Position numbers and translations under genes: made by a program. A model generated the notes under the pieces. It was not told the origin of the DNA. It saw only the letters and a list, made by a program, of their open reading frames with translations, and did not search any database. This document shows positions 9,519 to 18,078 of a stretch of DNA of 32,000 nt, one piece after another (within the stretch, counting starts at the first letter, position 1; the number at the start of each line of letters is the position of its first letter). The stretch covers positions 120,001 to 152,000 of the forward strand of contig NC_009929.1 in NCBI RefSeq assembly GCF_000018105.1, read 5' to 3'. This DNA comes from Acaryochloris marina MBIC11017 (GTDB lineage: Bacteria > Cyanobacteriota > Cyanobacteriia > Thermosynechococcales > Thermosynechococcaceae).

Positions 9519-11060
9519 ATGGAGGCTCCCAAACTCGATATTTTGAAACCCGTACTCCAACACATCTTTGCGGCCTTTGATCAGGTGGAAGGTGAGTATC
9601 CATTCGAGTTGCAGAGTCAGGAAATTGGCATTGTGACTTCTTTAGGTCATGGTATTGCCCGAGCGACTGGCCTGTTGCAGGTGCAATCGGAGGAGTTAGT
9701 CAAATTTCCCGGCGATCGGATGGGGCTAGCCTTCAACTTAGATCCAGATGAGGTGGGTTTGATTTTGTTGGATGATGGACATTCCCTGAAGGCAGGGTGT
9801 GAGGTCCAGCGCACAGGCCGGGTTTTGGATGTCCCCGTAGGAGAGGGTTTACTGGGTCGAGTCGTGGATGCAACCGGTCGTCCGTTGGATCAACGAGGAT
9901 TAGTGACTGCGCAAGAACGACGCCCCGTTGAACGGGAGGCTCCTGCCATCATGGACCGGGCTCCTGTAACCGTGCCCCTTCAGACAGGCATTAAGGCCAT
10001 TGATGCTCTTATTCCTATTGGTCGGGGACAGCGGGAACTGATTGTTGGTGATCGGCAAACGGGAAAAACTGCGATTGCCGTCGATACTATCCTCAACCAA
10101 AAAGATCAGGATGTGATTTGTGTGTATTGCGCCATTGGTCAGCGCAGTTCTGCCGTGGCCAAGCTAATTGCTGAGCTTCGCAATCGTGGGGCGATGGACT
10201 ACTGCATTGTCGTGGTAGCGGAGGGGGAAGCCTCACCCGGCCTGCAATATATCACCCCCTATGCTGCGACCACGATGGCAGAGTACTTTATGGAACAAGG
10301 GCAAGATGTGTTGATTGTTTATGACGATCTGATTCAACATGCCCGAGCCTATCGTGAGCTATCGCTTCTATTGCGCCGCCCGCCGGGACGAGAAGCCTTT
10401 CCAGGAGATATTTTTTATATTCATGCTCGGCTGCTGGAGCGGGCGACGTGCCTGCGGCCTGAGTTAGGGGGAGGCTCTCTAACGGCGTTGCCCATTGTCG
10501 AGACGGAAGCCCAAAATCTATCGGCCTATATCCCCACGAACTTAGTCTCAATTACAGATGGACAAATCTATCTCACCCCTGATTTGTTTCAAAAGGGAAT
10601 ATTCCCTGCCGTTGATGTGGGCAAATCGGTTTCCCGAGTCGGAGGCAAAGCCCAGCTTCCTGCTTACCGAGATGTTGCGGGCGATTTACGACTGTCCTAC
10701 ACGCAGTTTGAAGAATTGGAATCTTTTGCTCGGTTTGGAACCCGTTTAGAAGAATCCACTCGGCAATCTTTAGAGCGAGGTCGTCGGGTGCGTGAAGTGC
10801 TGCAACAACCTCAATTTCAGCCTTTACCCGTTGCAGAGCAAATTGCTGTAATGCTAGCGGTGACTCAGGGACAGTTTGATCTCGTGCCCATTGAGCAAGT
10901 GTCCCAAGCCCAACAGCTTATAGGAGAAGCGATACGACGGGAGCTACCGAATATTTGCGATCGCATCCAGAATGCAGGGCAGTTAAGTGAAACGGATCGG
11001 GAGACGTTGCTGAACTGGATCGCCAACCACATATTAAAGGACTCAGACAATGAGTTGTAA
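9519..11060 (+). CDS. atpA: N-type F-ATPase alpha subunit
   Basis: 513 aa with Walker [16 protein letters not shown] and [12 protein letters not shown]. The ATG lies 3 nt after the atpF stop. Confidence 0.93.
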
Positions 11061-11154
11061 TGACTAAATCTAAAGGCCTGCTCTATGCCCTGAAGCCCAT
11101 CCATTGATGATGTCTGCAATAACCAGTCAACATTCATACCCGGCCATTAACATC

Positions 11155-12033
11155 ATGCAAACCCTAGAAACCCTTAAGCGAAAAATTGCCAGCACTCAGG
11201 AGTTGCAGACCGTTGCTAAAACGATGAAAGCTCTAGCCGCCGCCAATATCCGTCAGTATGAACAGGCTGCCAATGCCCTTCAGCACTACCGCCAGACCTT
11301 GGCGATGGCGATACAAATTCTCCGAATAAATTATCCGGATACGTTAACTCACCTGAGACCCCGTGCGCACCCTCGTTTGGGAATAGTGATTTTCGGTTCG
11401 GATCAGGGGATGTGTGGTCGCTTCAATGAGCAGTTGTCAGAGATGGTGATTCAGCACCTAGAGCAGCACTCTTCTCAGGGTGGGCAACCCCTTCTGTTAG
11501 GGATGGGAGCCCGAATTTGCGATAGCATCATTGATCAAGGTTACGCCATTGAGCGATATCTTTCGGTTCCAGCCTCAGTTGACGGCATCACATCTAAGGC
11601 CCAAACGATCGTTGTCCAGCTTGAACAATGGCGTAACCAATGTCAGGTAGACCAAATTTGGGTGTTCCATAATCAACCCATCCGTGGTCATACCAGTACC
11701 CCCCACCGACAACAGCTCTTTCCCCTTGAATCTGACCGTGATCGCTCCTCCTCCTGGTCGACTCGCTGTCGTCCAATGGTCTTTCTGAGTCGAGAGAGAT
11801 TGTTCTCAGCCATATTTCGGCAGCATTTTTTTGTTGCCCTATACCAAGCCTGCGCTGAGTCCCTAGCCAGTGAAAATGCCAGTCGCTTGACCTCAATGCA
11901 GTTAGCGCAAACCAATATTGCTGAACATTTGATGGAGCTACAAGCTGCTTTTCAACAGCAACGCCAAACAAAAATCACGGAAGAGTTGCTGGATATCGTG
12001 TCAGGCTTTGAGGCCCTTAACCAATCCCACTAG
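11155..12033 (+). CDS. atpG: N-type F-ATPase gamma subunit
   Basis: The N-terminal helix MQTLETLKRKIASTQELQTVAKTMKALAAA and the C-terminal helix SENASRLTSMQ...ITEELLDIVSGFEAL are typical of gamma. The upstream in-frame starts TTG 11104 and ATG 11107 cannot be excluded. Confidence 0.82.
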   Translation: MQTLETLKRKIASTQELQTVAKTMKALAAANIRQYEQAANALQHYRQTLAMAIQILRINYPDTLTHLRPRAHPRLGIVIFGSDQGMCGRFNEQLSEMVIQHLEQHSSQGGQPLLLGMGARICDSIIDQGYAIERYLSVPASVDGITSKAQTIVVQLEQWRNQCQVDQIWVFHNQPIRGHTSTPHRQQLFPLESDRDRSSSWSTRCRPMVFLSRERLFSAIFRQHFFVALYQACAESLASENASRLTSMQLAQTNIAEHLMELQAAFQQQRQTKITEELLDIVSGFEALNQSH

Positions 12034-12599
12034 TGGCTCAAGGCAGGGGCCGCGAGCGGTTCACAAAGGATATCTGCACAAGTTGCCACCGTTTGCCACT
12101 CTTGCACCACTTGAGTGGGGACTTCAACTTTAATGAACTTCATCCCTTTTGTCGGAATCAACAGGTAAAGAGCAGCGTCTAACTTAGGCACAACTGGTTG
12201 GAGATTATACTGGGCAACATTGGGGCCAGGGAGGAGTTCAGTATACAAAGACTCTGGGAGATTCTTCACTTTTACAGTTTTTCCTTGAGACGTGACCAGG
12301 GTAAGAGGCAGAGAATGATCGATATCTACAAAGCCAGGGCAGCCAGCTAGCATCAGGTCAATCTTAGGGGGGCTAGCAATGCCCACATGCTTGGATGCGA
12401 CGACTAACCAATCATTCCCTTGTTGATCGAGTAGATGTTGTCGAGATTGATAGAGCATCTGACCTTGTGCTTCTCTTGTCATGCTCACGTCTGCGATCGC
12501 AGATGAACTGATCCCATTGCCCATATTGGTCAAGAGCAGCAGCACTAAGGTACTGATCATTAACAACAACAATAGATTTCTACGAATCCAAACTCTCAT
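12030..12599 (-). CDS. Hypothetical exported or membrane-anchored protein
   Basis: The N-terminus MRVWIRRNLLLLLMISTLVLLLL has a signal/anchor character, and the remainder is soluble and beta-rich. I recognised no catalytic motif. The ORF-track start at 12614 is TTG; ATG 12599 is preferred. Confidence 0.55.
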   Translation of the reverse strand: MRVWIRRNLLLLLMISTLVLLLLTNMGNGISSSAIADVSMTREAQGQMLYQSRQHLLDQQGNDWLVVASKHVGIASPPKIDLMLAGCPGFVDIDHSLPLTLVTSQGKTVKVKNLPESLYTELLPGPNVAQYNLQPVVPKLDAALYLLIPTKGMKFIKVEVPTQVVQEWQTVATCADILCEPLAAPALSH

Positions 12600-12658
12600 T
12601 TGTCTATTCCTCAATTTATATGGATGTAGAGGGTTATGAATGAGGTTGATAGTGGACC

Positions 12659-12874
12659 TTAGAAAATCTCACAAGAGTATTGCCAGCAACGCTCTAACAA
12701 CATACGCTGCTGTTCAATTTCACATTTCCTGACATAGCAACGTTCCAACAGCTCTCTGTCATAAGTGTGGGAAAACATCATGGGATTTAGGATGGATTTA
12801 GGCTTAAATAGAGGCTGATTCAGGTAGAGCCAAACCATCATCACCAACCTCGTGAAGGAATGCTTTGGTTTCAT
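12659..12874 (-). CDS. Small hypothetical protein (71 aa, four Cys in the C-terminal 30 aa)
   Basis: The ATG is preceded on the minus strand by GGAGGT with a 9-nt spacer (GGAGGTCGTAAGCCGATG). It lies 59 nt downstream of the DUF4278-like gene on the same strand. No recognisable family. Confidence 0.4.
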   Translation of the reverse strand: MKPKHSFTRLVMMVWLYLNQPLFKPKSILNPMMFSHTYDRELLERCYVRKCEIEQQRMLLERCWQYSCEIF

Positions 12875-12933
12875 CGGCTTACGACCTCCAATGTTTCATT
12901 GTGCTGAATGAAGCCAAATGAGCTTCAGAATCC

Positions 12934-13380
12934 TTAACTCATAGCAGCATGGCTGCGCTCATAAGTCACTCGAAAGCTCGGGTGGACTTTTCCTTGAATA
13001 TGATTCCAGTATTTTGAGGGATCTACCTTAAGGTGAATCTCTGATGTCGCCCGACCGAGCATACTTTGCTGGCGGTGCTTAATAATCCGATGATGATCCA
13101 TCATTAACCACCGGGCTTCTTCAGCGACCGACACCCAATCATCTCCAACTGTCTCAGTTTGGTTTACCCTTTGTGATTGAGGCATATCAGTCGGTGATTC
13201 ACCAGCATGATACGCCACACCACGGTAGGTGAGATCAGCACTGATTGGGGGGACAGGGGGCTCCTGCAGCTCTCGGCGTCGGTAACTTAATCCACGATAT
13301 TTCCCTACGCCAGCACTGTGGCCATAGTTAACCACTGGAGGACGATAGTCGTAATCAATGCCTCTATAGGTCAGTTTCAT
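12934..13380 (-). CDS. DUF4278-like cyanobacterial protein
   Basis: The N-terminus MKLTYRGIDYDY and a second LTYRGVAY repeat match my recollection of the DUF4278 signature. Function unknown. Confidence 0.65.
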   Translation of the reverse strand: MKLTYRGIDYDYRPPVVNYGHSAGVGKYRGLSYRRRELQEPPVPPISADLTYRGVAYHAGESPTDMPQSQRVNQTETVGDDWVSVAEEARWLMMDHHRIIKHRQQSMLGRATSEIHLKVDPSKYWNHIQGKVHPSFRVTYERSHAAMS

Positions 13381-13439
13381 GGTCTTTTCTCCTTTAAGAA
13401 GTTCCCGATACCTCTTACTTAAAATCTATTGCGAGGGTC

Positions 13440-13489
13440 TGAGGAGCTTGTGAAGAATGGTTGACACCTCAATCTTCACAAGCTCCTCA
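13440..13489. promoter_or_regulatory. Perfect 17-bp inverted repeat with a 16-nt loop, in a divergent intergenic region
   Basis: TGAGGAGCTTGTGAAGA (13440-13456) pairs perfectly with TCTTCACAAGCTCCTCA (13473-13489). The loop ATGGTTGACACCTCAA contains TTGACA. Confidence 0.5.
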
Positions 13490-13640
13490 AATTCGGAGAG
13501 CTGGATCAATCGGATGGATAAAGGGGTTGGGCAAATACCCTTCAATAAGTGTTGTTCTCCGAACGGTGGCTAGTCCGATTTACCGTTACCCTGAAGAATA
13601 AGGACTGAATCCGTCACCTCAGCTCCCTAGGAGGATTACA

Positions 13641-16019
13641 GTGAGAATCCTAGTTGTGGAAGATGATGAGTTAGTTGCTGAAGCGCTGCAAACTTTACTC
13701 GTCGATTTGAATTATGCCGTTGAGCTGGCAACAGATGGCCAGACCGCGGCAGAATTGGTCGAAGCATTCGAATACGATCTCATCCTTTCAGATGTAATGT
13801 TGCCTAGACTGGATGGGGTTGGTCTTTGCCAACAGTTGCGATCCCAAGGCTATCAAATTCCGATCTTGCTACTTACGGGCAAGGATAGCAGCCATGATCG
13901 CGCGATTGGACTTGACGCTGGGGCAGATGACTACGTCGTTAAACCGTTTGATCCAGAAGAATTAGCGGCTCGGGTAAGGGCCTTACTTCGCAGAGGGGAA
14001 GCCATCAAACCCCCAATCTTAAAATGGGAAAACTTACAGCTAGACCCCAGAGCATGTGAGGTCAAATATCAAGATGTTCTCCTCAAGCTCACTCCCAAAG
14101 AATATGCCCTCGTAGAGTTAATGATGCGGAATACCCGCCGTGTATTTAGTTGCGGAATGATTTTAGAACATATATGGACATATGAGGATACACCTGGCGA
14201 AGAAGCAGTCAGAACTCATATCAAGGGCCTCCGCCAAAAATTAAAAGCATCGGGAGCACCCACGGACTTGATTGAAACCGTTTATGGCATTGGGTATCGC
14301 CTGAAACCACTAGCAGAACTAAAAAAAAATCAAGGGACATCTGTTCAAACACCAGAAGTCAAAATTAAGCAGCAAACCATGAGTGCGATTGCTGATATTT
14401 GGATTAAGTTTCAGCCCCGTATCCAGGAACAGATCAATCAATTAGATAAGGCTGTAGTAGCAGTGACTGAGGGTTGCTTGAATAACGAATTAAGGCAATC
14501 GGCTCAACAAGAAGCCCATACCTTAGCCGGTGGATTAGGGACCTTTGGTTTATCGAAAGGGTCCCAGTTAGCGCGTGAGATTGAACATCTATTGCGATCT
14601 CATTCCTCCCTCGACGCCAAGCAATCCCTGCAGTTTCAACAGGATGTCGAGGCGCTGAGGCGGGAAATAAATTATGCTAGCCAACCTGCCACTCAAGTGA
14701 CCTCAGACCGTCAAGATGAATTGGGGCAATGGGTTGTTCTAGTGATAGATGCTGATACCCCTTCCCGAGATGCTCTAGCGACGGAGGCTCGTCAGCATCA
14801 GATTCGATATCTAACGGCAGAGAGCATTGACCTGGCACGAGACCTCATTCAGGAACAGTCCCCGCATCTCATCCTCTTTGATCCTGCAGGCCAGTCTCCA
14901 ATCCAAAGCCTAACCTTTTTAGAGGCTCTACTGTATCTTCCACTACCCATTCCAGTCTTGATCTGGACAGCTGATGAGGAACGGTATCAAGAGATGGCTA
15001 AAGCCTACTCTAGCGGCCAACGACCAATCTCAAAATCTTTACCCCTTCAACAAGTGTGGGATCGGGTTGAACACACCCTCCAAAGTAAGGGGGGCAAAGA
15101 AGCCCGGATCATGATTGTGGATGATGACCCACAAATCTTGGAAACCGTAGCGGCCCTATGCAAACCCTGGGGGCTTGAGGTCATTGGACTTGACGAGCCG
15201 ACTCAGTTTTGGGAAACGCTGACCAATTCTCCACCGGATCTGCTGTTACTCGATGTAGAGATGCCCGAAATTGGCGGGATAGATCTGTGCAGGGTTGTTC
15301 GCAATGATATTCAGTGGGAGCAGTTGCCCATCATTTTTCTAACTGCCCACACGGAGGCTGATGTGGTCAACCAAGTTTATGCTTCAGGGGCAGATGATTT
15401 CATCAGCAAGCCCATTGTCGGACCAGAATTGGTGGTTCGTATTCTCAACCGTTTAGAACGGACTCGATTACAGCGCCGTCTTTCCACCATTGATCCTTTG
15501 GCCCGAGTGCTCAGCCGCCACGAATCGACCCATGCCCTGGAATTGCTGTTGAGTGAGGTGGCGCATCAACCTCGCAGCATGTGTCTTGTTATTCTGGAAA
15601 TAGAGCGTCTTCAGCAGATTAATGATTGCTTTGGTTACGCGGTAGGCGACAGTATCCTGAGACAGTTTGCTCAAGCGTTGTTAGGGTTGGCATCTACTGA
15701 AGATGTGATTGCCCGTAGAGGTGGTAACCAATTCTTAGTGGGGTTGTTAGGAGCCACCAAAGCTGAGGGAGGTCAAAGAGTTCAAGACTTCTTGAATGTT
15801 GTCCATAAGACCCCCTATTCAATACCTGATGGCACCAACATTCAGATTACCTGTAGTGCAAGTGTGGTTCATTGTCCTGAGGACAGTCAAGATTTTCAAG
15901 ATCTGTGCATTTTGGCAGAAGAGACGTTGACTGAAGCCAGAGCATTAGGGTGGGGGCAAGTTCGCATAGCCAATCAGTCCCTATCCCTCCCAGCCAAACT
16001 GCATGCCGAGAAAGGCTAG
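13641..16019 (+). CDS. Multidomain response regulator: REC - OmpR-type winged helix - Hpt - REC-like - REC - degenerate GGDEF
   Basis: GTG start preceded by TAGGAGGA. Domains as read:
- REC1: D51 in LILSDVMLP, K101.
- wHTH: LTPKEYALVELM...YGIGYRLK.
- Hpt-like: H293 in QEAHTLAGGLGTFG.
- REC2: aa ~365-470.
- REC3: DDD 494-496, D538, T568, K590.
- GGDEF fold with GGNQF (aa 694-698) and STED in place of the RxxD I-site. Confidence 0.88.
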   Translation: MRILVVEDDELVAEALQTLLVDLNYAVELATDGQTAAELVEAFEYDLILSDVMLPRLDGVGLCQQLRSQGYQIPILLLTGKDSSHDRAIGLDAGADDYVVKPFDPEELAARVRALLRRGEAIKPPILKWENLQLDPRACEVKYQDVLLKLTPKEYALVELMMRNTRRVFSCGMILEHIWTYEDTPGEEAVRTHIKGLRQKLKASGAPTDLIETVYGIGYRLKPLAELKKNQGTSVQTPEVKIKQQTMSAIADIWIKFQPRIQEQINQLDKAVVAVTEGCLNNELRQSAQQEAHTLAGGLGTFGLSKGSQLAREIEHLLRSHSSLDAKQSLQFQQDVEALRREINYASQPATQVTSDRQDELGQWVVLVIDADTPSRDALATEARQHQIRYLTAESIDLARDLIQEQSPHLILFDPAGQSPIQSLTFLEALLYLPLPIPVLIWTADEERYQEMAKAYSSGQRPISKSLPLQQVWDRVEHTLQSKGGKEARIMIVDDDPQILETVAALCKPWGLEVIGLDEPTQFWETLTNSPPDLLLLDVEMPEIGGIDLCRVVRNDIQWEQLPIIFLTAHTEADVVNQVYASGADDFISKPIVGPELVVRILNRLERTRLQRRLSTIDPLARVLSRHESTHALELLLSEVAHQPRSMCLVILEIERLQQINDCFGYAVGDSILRQFAQALLGLASTEDVIARRGGNQFLVGLLGATKAEGGQRVQDFLNVVHKTPYSIPDGTNIQITCSASVVHCPEDSQDFQDLCILAEETLTEARALGWGQVRIANQSLSLPAKLHAEKG

Positions 16020-16191
16020 CTAGAATAGAGATAAAGGAGTCTGCTAGGTGTCTGGCCGTGACAATGGGTTCCGCGTAATTTGACAAACAAAATGATCCAC
16101 ACTTGTTGAACGTCACAGACTGCTCTGATCCCACTGAAAATTTCAGAGACTCTAGTTGCCCGTTCTTGGATGAGTAACTATTGCGCTAGAA

Positions 16192-17103
16192 ATGTTTAGG
16201 CAAAATCTACGAGTCGATACCTTCGAACGCCAGCTTGCTGCAATAGTTGGGGTAAGTTTACTCATGGCAGCTTATTCCTTCGGAAGTCCGGTCAATTTAA
16301 CCACTCCAAGGGGGGAAAACCTTTCTGTAGAGAAGATTACTGTATCGCTGGATGAGCGTTCTTCTAGTATTCATGATGCTCAGACCCTCAAGCTAGCCTC
16401 AAATGAGCCCCCTTCAACTTGTTACCAATTCCCGACTCAATTTCAAGGACAAACCATTTACGGGGTGCAGCTTCCCCGCCATCAAAAAGCGATCGCCCTC
16501 ACGTTTGATGATGGTCCCTGGCCTCATAACACATCAACTGTATTGACTATTCTCCAGCAACACCAAGTCAAAGCCACTTTTTTTGTATTGGGTCGTAATG
16601 TAGCTCAATATCCCCACTTAATCCAACAGATTGCGACGGCAGGACATGCGATTGGCAATCACTCTTGGAGCCATGGCTATCAAGATCACAGCCTTGAAAT
16701 GGCACAGGCTGAGATTCAGCAAACGACTGATATTGTTAAACAGCACACTGGACATAAGACGGCTCTATTTCGTCCCCCTGGAGGGTTTCTGGACAATGGT
16801 TTAGTAGCCCAAGCGAGTTCTCAAAAGATGGTTACTGTCTTGTGGACGATTGACGATACCTATGAAGGGTCTGTGGATTTAGCCGTGCAAAACGTCATTC
16901 AAAATGCAACACCTGGAGGCATCGTACTGATGCATGATGGCGGGGGTAATCGCGAATTAATGATTAAGGCTCTGCCTTTAGTGATCTCCGAACTAAAACA
17001 GCAAGGCTACCAACTCGTTACAATCCCACAACTGTTAAATTTGGCAGACACTCAGGTCAGGTCGGAGGATGCCATTGATTGCATGTCGTCCGACCTTACC
17101 TGA
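16192..17103 (+). CDS. Polysaccharide deacetylase (NodB homology, CE4), N-terminal membrane anchor or signal
   Basis: CE4 motifs appear in order: TFDDGP, GNHSWSH, LFRPPGG and IVLMHDGG. The N-terminal segment LAAIVGVSLLMAAYSF is hydrophobic. Confidence 0.85.
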   Translation: MFRQNLRVDTFERQLAAIVGVSLLMAAYSFGSPVNLTTPRGENLSVEKITVSLDERSSSIHDAQTLKLASNEPPSTCYQFPTQFQGQTIYGVQLPRHQKAIALTFDDGPWPHNTSTVLTILQQHQVKATFFVLGRNVAQYPHLIQQIATAGHAIGNHSWSHGYQDHSLEMAQAEIQQTTDIVKQHTGHKTALFRPPGGFLDNGLVAQASSQKMVTVLWTIDDTYEGSVDLAVQNVIQNATPGGIVLMHDGGGNRELMIKALPLVISELKQQGYQLVTIPQLLNLADTQVRSEDAIDCMSSDLT

Positions 17104-17181
17104 GGATACTGACTCCCTTTTGGGTGAAGAAGAGCGTGAATGTGCGATCAAGTTGTGATCGCAGGTATCCGTTCAGTCTAT

Positions 17182-17700
17182 TCAAATGGAGTCTTCTGAA
17201 ACAACCGTTTCTCCTTGAATCACCAAGACAGAACAAGGGGCATGGTGGACGATATGGTTGCTGACACTCCCAAGAAAAAGTTCCTTGAGTCCCGTGCGAC
17301 CATGGCGTCCCACGACAATCAGATCAGCGTGCCAGTCTTTAGCCCGTTTACAAATCTGAGGCCCTGGATTACCTAATTCAGTCTCAAAGGTTGTCTTTAT
17401 ACCTTGATGCTCTGCTTTTAGGCAAAATTCTTGCAACCATAGTTTGGATTCCGCAATTTGTGCGTCCCAGGCTTGCCTTGCCAACTCGTAATCCACAGCA
17501 GATGGAGAAAGGTAACCTGATTCTAAAGGAGTCCCTACCGGTGAGATCGTTGAATTACCCAAAGGATTAATTTCTGCCTCTACACTATGAAACAGCTTTA
17601 CCTCAGCTGCATGTAATTTTGCTTCTACCAATGCCTGTTCATAAACTGCAGGTTGAAGGAAGGAAGTATCTAGTGCAACCAAAATGCGATGATATCTCAT
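17182..17700 (-). CDS. Universal stress protein (single UspA domain)
   Basis: ILVALDTS...DLIVVGRHGRTGLKELFLGSVSNHIVHHAPCSVLVI is a USP ATP-binding-type motif. ATG 17700 is preceded on the minus strand by GGAGGAATCCTG. I consider the longer ORF-track start at 17817 unlikely. Confidence 0.8.
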   Translation of the reverse strand: MRYHRILVALDTSFLQPAVYEQALVEAKLHAAEVKLFHSVEAEINPLGNSTISPVGTPLESGYLSPSAVDYELARQAWDAQIAESKLWLQEFCLKAEHQGIKTTFETELGNPGPQICKRAKDWHADLIVVGRHGRTGLKELFLGSVSNHIVHHAPCSVLVIQGETVVSEDSI

Positions 17701-17730
17701 CAGGATTCCTCCATAGAAATAACAACCGTC

Positions 17731-17757
17731 TTGACAGTTCCCATCCCCCCCTATATC
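17731..17757 (+). promoter_or_regulatory. Sigma70-like promoter candidate with a C7 tract in the spacer
   Basis: TTGACA (17731-17736) is followed by a 15-nt spacer that ends in CCCCCCC (17745-17751), then TATATC (17752-17757). It points toward the ferredoxin-nitroreductase gene. This is a sequence pattern only. Confidence 0.25.
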
Positions 17758-18078
17758 TCCATGGTAGAGCTTTATTTTCACAAGCAGCGATAAAAGATTT
17801 TGCCGCAGAGCTGGCAAGTAATTGGAAATATGGCTTTATTCTTGTCTCCAGCGGAGGGGTTTCGTCAACGCTCATCGATTAGGCGAGGGGGGACGGGGAT
17901 AGACAATTGGCACCCTCACAAATTGCTCATTTAGTATGCCTAGGCTCAAAGATAGAGATGGCAATATCAGTCAAAGTTAGTCCTATAGCAGGGGGGGACT
18001 TCACCTGTGATGTGAGGACATCCTGGTGTCAGAAGCGAAACATCAGCCAGCATGTGCAAAGGCTAAGGAGTCAGCATT

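Noticed and set aside
16134-16146. CTGAAA-A-TTTCAG palindrome upstream of the deacetylase gene
   Set aside because: The half-sites are only 6 bp and AT-rich, so it is not distinguishable from chance.
17144-17162. 7-bp stem with a 5-nt loop (GCGATCA-AGTTG-TGATCGC) between the convergent deacetylase and USP genes, considered as a bidirectional terminator
   Set aside because: The stem is short with no flanking T/A tracts, which is too weak to call.
17701-17817. 39-codon N-terminal extension of the USP gene given by the ORF track (MPALRQNLL...)
   Set aside because: The internal ATG at 17700 has a GGAGG RBS and begins exactly at the conserved USP N-terminus (MRYHRILVALD). The extension is unlike any USP.
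17887-17997. G6 (17887-17892) and G7 (17991-17997) tracts upstream of the ferredoxin-nitroreductase gene, considered as independent phase-variation sites
   Set aside because: I could identify no promoter or ORF element that they would modulate. Only the C7 tract sits in a recognisable -35/-10 spacer.
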